From: Promethearchaeota archaeon
GTDB lineage: Archaea > Asgardarchaeota > Lokiarchaeia > Sigyniarchaeales > SOKP01
Assembly (NCBI GenBank): GCA_048938445.1
Contig: JBHLME010000001.1
Coordinates: forward strand, 1 to 64,000
DNA: 64,000 bases
Reading direction: 5' to 3'
Each line of letters starts with the position of its first letter. Position 1 is the stretch's first letter. Below are positions 59,120-64,000 of the stretch, one piece after another. A program made the position numbers and the translations under genes. The notes beneath the pieces were generated by a model. That model was not told where the DNA came from, searched no databases, and worked only from the letters and a program-made list of their open reading frames with translations.

Positions 59120-59170
59120 CTTATCCTTTATTATTTTTAGGCCCTATGTTGGTCTCTGTGGTGGGAATCA
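59053..59170. ncRNA. Candidate structured RNA element (unassigned)
   Basis: Terminal 13-bp stem TGATCCCCACCAC / GTGGTGGGAATCA and internal hairpin AGTGTA-GAAA-TACACT. Confidence 0.35.
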
Positions 59171-59320
59171 CCCTTTTCCTTTTATATTTCTAAATTATAA
59201 GCCAGAGAAATCATTTAAATTAAAAATATAAAAACTAATGTAGTAGGTAATCATTAATGCTATATTTTTTTTAAAATAAAATAATGAAGTCAATAAAAAG
59301 AGTGTAAGTTTCGAATTATT

Positions 59321-60319
59321 TCATAAACTTTCTAATTGAGCTGGCATGTAATTATATGTTTTAAAATAACGCTTTTTTACATCATTTAGATTGTAAAAAT
59401 GTGTTTGTGCACCTGAGGTTTCAACTACAAAAGATCCAATCACCGCCCCCAATCTGCAAGAGTCTAGTAAGGTCATGTTTAAGCTTAAACCAGTAAGTAA
59501 TCCTGCCCTATATCCATCACCTGCTCCAGTAGAGTCTTCAACTTTAGTAGGTTGACTAATTGGAATATCCACATGGAAGATCTTCCCATTATTATCTTTG
59601 TAAATTAATTGTGAACCATCTTCTCCCTTCGTTGTGATAATTGCATTTATAATTTTTAGCAATTTTTCCTCTTCAAGATCAGTCTTTTTTTTAATTTGCT
59701 CAATCTCATACTTATTTCCAATTAAAATATCCGATTTTTCAATGATTTCAATTAATAATTCCTTAGGAAATAGAGGTGTCACTTGTCCAGGGTCAAATAT
59801 CTGTGGAATGTTCATTTCGTAGAGCTGTTCTGCAAAATTGGACATAGCGTCTACGCTTTGGGTAGCATTGATTGCATAAAGATATTCCGAAGGGTTATCA
59901 ATTCTTTCTCTTAAATCGATATCCTTACATTTGTCCAATGCTCCACCATGAAATATTATCATTTGATTAGCTTTAATATCATTTACAATATAACATGCCG
60001 CTGTGAATAAGTTTTCATACACATCTATACCTACTTTTATATTTTCAAACTGAGAAATGTGATCTTTATAGCCTAGACTACTGAAGTCTTTACCAACCGA
60101 TCCAAATAAATGCACGCTCGCAATATTAAGAACCCCTAGATTATATGAGATATTACCTGCTGTGCCACCAAAATATTGAATCCTACTATTTGCTGTTACT
60201 GTACTTTGATATTCTTCTTTTTCATGATTTATAGAAACTGCATTGATAAAATTTTCCTCAAATCCCATCAAATAATCAAAAGCAATAGAACCCAGTACTA
60301 ATACTTTATTCTTTTTCAT
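59321..60319 (-). CDS. PfkB family carbohydrate/nucleoside kinase (adenosine-kinase-like)
   Basis: LGSIAFD, GGTAGNI.Y.L, FDPGQ, N.YE, DSTGAGDGYRAG. Confidence 0.92.
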   Translation of the reverse strand: MKKNKVLVLGSIAFDYLMGFEENFINAVSINHEKEEYQSTVTANSRIQYFGGTAGNISYNLGVLNIASVHLFGSVGKDFSSLGYKDHISQFENIKVGIDVYENLFTAACYIVNDIKANQMIIFHGGALDKCKDIDLRERIDNPSEYLYAINATQSVDAMSNFAEQLYEMNIPQIFDPGQVTPLFPKELLIEIIEKSDILIGNKYEIEQIKKKTDLEEEKLLKIINAIITTKGEDGSQLIYKDNNGKIFHVDIPISQPTKVEDSTGAGDGYRAGLLTGLSLNMTLLDSCRLGAVIGSFVVETSGAQTHFYNLNDVKKRYFKTYNYMPAQLESL

Positions 60320-60511
60320 CTTTAAATTAATTTAAGTTTTATTTCTATGTTAAGAATAATAGAAAAAAATACCTTAAATGTTTAATTCATTTCCATTATA
60401 ACCCTACTTTTTAACTGAGGAGAAATGAGATTCTTCAAGTTAATAAAAAGATTTTTAAATTTATAGATACAATAGTTTATTAAAATCCATAAATCCATTA
60501 GAAATAAAATC

Positions 60512-60979
60512 ATGAGAAAGCGTAAATTTGATTACGTTGATTATATCTTAATTTCACTAATTCCTTTTGAGTTTGGTTTTTTAATTAGTGGTGATATTTT
60601 GTATACTTTTTCTATAAATCCAATTTTAGGTCAAATATTATTAGCTTTAAGTGGTGGACTCTTTTTTTTCCAAATCGTACAGGCAATCGTTGGGAGCATT
60701 AGGACTGGTGAAAAAATATATATTGGTCGTCATGATATTAAGTATCTCACGTACTACGTGCAATTAATTGTTTTTTCATTATTAGCATTTGGTACAGCAT
60801 TTTTATTTATAGTATTTTTATTTAACTTAACTTTTAGTAATCTTATTTTGTTTGGAGTTTTATGTTCAAATTTTTTTATTTTTTCCTTTTTAGCCGTGAT
60901 TGGTTTAGAAAGACATAGAGTTAATAAATTAAAAAAGGAACCTATTTCTAAAGCTCATAGGAGACAATATTCAAAATAA
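60512..60979 (+). CDS. Four-TM membrane protein
   Basis: Four hydrophobic segments, basic termini. Confidence 0.6.
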   Translation: MRKRKFDYVDYILISLIPFEFGFLISGDILYTFSINPILGQILLALSGGLFFFQIVQAIVGSIRTGEKIYIGRHDIKYLTYYVQLIVFSLLAFGTAFLFIVFLFNLTFSNLILFGVLCSNFFIFSFLAVIGLERHRVNKLKKEPISKAHRRQYSK

Positions 60980-61131
60980 TAATCCTTTATCTACAGAATG
61001 AGACAATTCTGAAATCAATATATAATAATTGAAGAAAATAACGAGTATAATTAAAATTTATTCGCTTTATTAAAATGACTTATAATAGGTAGGAGGAATG
61101 ATTTTATTATATAATTATTTTTTAAAATAAA

Positions 61132-61761
61132 ATGAAAGAATTACTTAACAATATTAAAAATTTAAAGGAGGATCCTACCGTAAATTTACTTATTAATGAA
61201 AGAATGACAGAATTCAGCAAGATTAGAAATGATTCCATTGAGTTCATATTTAAGGAAATGTGTTTCTGTATAATGACTGCAAACTGTAGTGCTGAAAAAT
61301 GTATTGAGATCCACGAAAATATGGGAGATGATTTTTTATTGCTTTCAGAAAAGGATCTATCTAAAAGATTTAAAGAATTAGGATATCGATTTCCAAATGT
61401 TAGAGCGAGTTATATCGTAGAAAATCGAAAATGTATGAAAAATATTGATTTCAAAATAAAAAATGAGATAAATGATAAAGACTTAAGAGACTGGTTGGTA
61501 AAGGCTGTAAAAGGTCTCGGATACAAAGAAGCTAGCCATTTCCTTAGAAATATTGGTTTCACCAATTATGCAATAATAGATTTCCACATAGTTGATTTGT
61601 TGGTAAAGCATGAATTAATTGAAAAACCGAAAACCATGACAAAAAAACAGTACTTAGAGATTGAAAAATTATTAAATGAGATCGCATCAAAACTCAAGCT
61701 AAACCTCGGAAAATTGGATCTCTACTTATGGTATTTAGAAACGCGAAAAATCCTCAAGTAA
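61132..61761 (+). CDS. ogg: 8-oxoguanine DNA glycosylase / AP lyase (archaeal Ogg type)
   Basis: E.CFCI.TAN.SA, YRFPN.RA, HhH KGLGYKEASHFLRN.G, AIID.H, LDLYLWY. Confidence 0.93.
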   Translation: MKELLNNIKNLKEDPTVNLLINERMTEFSKIRNDSIEFIFKEMCFCIMTANCSAEKCIEIHENMGDDFLLLSEKDLSKRFKELGYRFPNVRASYIVENRKCMKNIDFKIKNEINDKDLRDWLVKAVKGLGYKEASHFLRNIGFTNYAIIDFHIVDLLVKHELIEKPKTMTKKQYLEIEKLLNEIASKLKLNLGKLDLYLWYLETRKILK

Positions 61762-61926
61762 AAACATTTTATTGTCAAGATTATTTAAATTCGAGCTTTA
61801 TAAATTTAGAAATGTATATTATTAGAAATGTAAAAAAAAATTTTTAGATAAAGTTTTAAATAATTCAATGTTAAATTATTAATATCTTTATTTCACGAGG
61901 AGAAAAATAATAGGTGAATAAAAAAA

Positions 61927-62376
61927 ATGTCATGGGAAAATGAAAAATGGGTTTCAATAATGGGAAAATGGGCTTGGGTCGTTACATTAGTATGTGGACT
62001 CATCAACTTATTATGGGCTATAGTTAGCACAGTCTCAGCGTTCTCAGCATATCAAGCTAGTGTGGCTCTTTACGGAATTGGAATAGTAGGAGCCTTTTCA
62101 ATAAATATAGGTTATGTGTGGAACATCATTAGTTCGATAATATTGATTATTTTCTCTATTGTAATAGTTAAACCTAGATTTTCGAAAAAATGTGCGGATA
62201 ATGATTGGGATTATTTACTCAATGATGTCTTGCCTCTTGGAAGCATAAGATTTCCAATGATATTTGTATGGGCGATAATCGCTGAAATTTTACTTTATTG
62301 GAGTGGAATACTTATAATTATTCCCGCAATAATGATAATCTTCTTCGGTCCAGAAGAATATCAGTGGAAAAAATAA
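61927..62376 (+). CDS. Membrane protein of unknown function
   Basis: Several TMs, AGGTGA SD upstream. Confidence 0.65.
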   Translation: MSWENEKWVSIMGKWAWVVTLVCGLINLLWAIVSTVSAFSAYQASVALYGIGIVGAFSINIGYVWNIISSIILIIFSIVIVKPRFSKKCADNDWDYLLNDVLPLGSIRFPMIFVWAIIAEILLYWSGILIIIPAIMIIFFGPEEYQWKK

Positions 62377-62478
62377 AATAAATTAAATTTTCCTTTTTTC
62401 TCTTTTTTTTAATCTCTCATTCATTTAATCTTTAATAAAAGTCTTAAATATAATTACTAGAAAAAATAAAGTTTAAAA

Positions 62479-62543
62479 CCTTTTTCCCCCGTGAAAAAGG
62501 CTGATACATCTTAACCCCTTTTAAATCCGTAAAAAAGGCTGAT
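62479..62543. terminator. Tandem hairpins / 38-nt period repeat between convergent genes
   Basis: CCGT[G/A]AAAAAGGCTGAT at 62489..62505 and 62527..62543, each preceded by a complementary CCTTTT. Confidence 0.5.
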
Positions 62544-62546
62544 TAA

Positions 62547-62966
62547 TTAATAACTTATCGAATCTTCTGATTCTTCTTCATCTGATTCTTCATCGCTTTC
62601 TAATAGAAAGTCTAATGGTATGTCAATTTCTATTTCAGCGGTTCTTAATTTTCTCATGAATTGCCGGGCACCATAATCATTGAGCATTAATTCAAGAAAA
62701 TTTTGATAAATGCCAATTACATTGTCTAATCCCATTTTGAATAAAGCATCATCATCATTCAATGTGATTTTCAAGATTTCATAGATACCTTTTACACAAC
62801 TCTTAATTCGGGAGAAATTATCATCAGCCTTATTTTCAAGATCCGCATTAAATTGCATGTTAATAGCTTCTTCCCTTATCAACCCGTACACCTCAAAATA
62901 AGTAAGTATGATCAAGTATAAAAAATAGTTTTTTTTTGTCGATTTATGATATGATATCACGAACAT
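62547..62966 (-). CDS. Hypothetical helical protein with acidic tail (true start probably ATG at 62858)
   Basis: ORF track; MQFNADL... portion looks globular; tail ESDEESDEEESEDS. Confidence 0.55.
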   Translation of the reverse strand: MFVISYHKSTKKNYFLYLIILTYFEVYGLIREEAINMQFNADLENKADDNFSRIKSCVKGIYEILKITLNDDDALFKMGLDNVIGIYQNFLELMLNDYGARQFMRKLRTAEIEIDIPLDFLLESDEESDEEESEDSISY

Positions 62967-63028
62967 ATATCATATCTTCGTGAAAAATGTATAATAACTA
63001 CAATTTTAATTGAATTTGTATCTTCAAA

Positions 63029-64000
63029 TCAGATTATTACAATTAATTCAATTTTATGAAAGAAATATCCAGTAATCCAGATAATGATGACACTCACAAT
63101 TCCAACCATTAATGCTCCGATTAAAAGTAAATCATCAGGAAAGAAATTAAATGAAACAAATATCACAATCAAGTGAATTATGAATAACATTAGAGCATTT
63201 TTCCCTAACACGCTAATTATATTATCCTTTTGTAAAATAGGATGAGAGCGTCCAAAAATTTCAAAAACATAAAAAATTAAAAGTAATATAAGAGAAGCAA
63301 TTCCGATTGATATCAGAGAATATGAAATAGTCATGTATTGCCTACTAACAAGGAAATTTATATTAAAAACATAAAAAGAATTCAAAGATATCCCTATAAC
63401 TATAAGGATCATGCCCCCATATCCAAAAACTTGCAATGGTTTCTTAAAATTACCATCATTATATGAAGAAATGCCATCAGCTAACACGGTGGATAAGAGC
63501 ATCATACCAGCCCATGATAGTGAACCAAAGAAACCACCCTCAGCACCATCATAAATTATTTGTTTAAATGGCGTTTCTAAAAGTAATTGATGCGAAATAA
63601 AAAGTAATATTGCAAAGGAAATCCTAATATACTTTTTTTGCTCTATAAAAGGTAATGCGATAAGTCCGGATAGTCCAAGAACTTGAAGAGTCCCCCAATT
63701 AAATGTAAAAATTCCTGCTTCGGTTTCACCAATAGATAAAGCCATTCCCAATCCTATGAAAATTAAATATCGGTAGAAAAATCTGAAATATGCTCGTAAT
63801 CTGCCAAACTCTTTTAAACGCCGAGAAAATGAACTCCTAAAATTTAGAGCCATCATGAAAAGAAAAAAGGGTGCTATTAAATCAACATAAGTTAATCCAT
63901 AATATTCAGGGTGTTTACTCCACACTGGAATGTTATCAAAATGTCCTGTAGTATTAACAAAAACCATTAAAAGTATTGTCAAACCCTTAAAGAAATCAAT
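63029..64000 (-). CDS. HGSNAT/DUF5009-like polytopic acyltransferase (5' end outside the window)
   Basis: Frame stays open to the window edge (IDFFKGLTILLMVFVN); H...G.T..DL.AP.FLF, G.LQ..G, EG..G motifs. Confidence 0.85.
   Translation of the reverse strand: MDFFKGLTILLMVFVNTTGHFDNIPVWSKHPEYYGLTYVDLIAPFFLFMMALNFRSSFSRRLKEFGRLRAYFRFFYRYLIFIGLGMALSIGETEAGIFTFNWGTLQVLGLSGLIALPFIEQKKYIRISFAILLFISHQLLLETPFKQIIYDGAEGGFFGSLSWAGMMLLSTVLADGISSYNDGNFKKPLQVFGYGGMILIVIGISLNSFYVFNINFLVSRQYMTISYSLISIGIASLILLLIFYVFEIFGRSHPILQKDNIISVLGKNALMLFIIHLIVIFVSFNFFPDDLLLIGALMVGIVSVIIIWITGYFFHKIELIVII

Noticed and set aside
59030-59146. Minus-strand reading GLKIIKDKEGEIKVYFYTNQKTKIQDVVGIIVYILKPY as a gene fragment
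   Set aside because: No start codon at its 5' end, bounded by stops, and no recognisable family.
59053-59170. 5S rRNA or SECIS interpretation of the stem-loop
   Set aside because: The length fits 5S but the conserved 5S sequence is absent. No in-frame TGA selenoprotein gene was found nearby.
713-59822. Numerous short ORF-track entries antisense to or nested in long genes (e.g. 713..943, 5103..5495, 28136..28531, 40619..41179, 49607..49978, 56830..57180)
   Set aside because: They are shadows of well-supported genes on the other strand or frame and have no motifs of their own.

Overview
AT-rich, gene-dense archaeal chromosome segment. Gene content points to an Asgard archaeon of the Lokiarchaeia/Promethearchaeia type: Alba, L13e, UPF0147, an archaeal Ogg glycosylase, a TET peptidase, and many longin/uDENN/roadblock-fused small GTPases. 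This assignment is an inference. Housekeeping genes include ppdK, hom, thrC, an ABC exporter, ClC, an APC permease, a PfkB kinase and pirin. Two loci stand out. (1) 12.3-15.7 kb: a compact ubiquitin-type conjugation locus (Rpn11-like JAB protease, E1, E2, an unannotated 42-aa acidic ORF and a convergent Ubl ending VVGG). It has no E3 and is headed by a longin-domain, degenerate small GTPase. (2) 20.5-29.4 kb: three exosortase/archaeosortase-type genes. Two sit in a tandemly duplicated three-gene cassette whose first gene is a polytopic membrane protein carrying a VPGF-TM-basic sorting signal. The two copies have decayed reciprocally, and a GT87/GT-C glycosyltransferase lies next to them. Other signals are a FYVE/RING-like zinc finger beside a uDENN-Rab fusion, a Rag-like GTPase plus roadblock pair, a 50-bp direct repeat bracketing a 1-kb insertion, tiny peptide ORFs around an in-frame TAG, and a structured 1-kb intergenic region. 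No rRNA, tRNA, CRISPR array or transposase was recognised. All domain calls are by eye from motifs; no searches were run.
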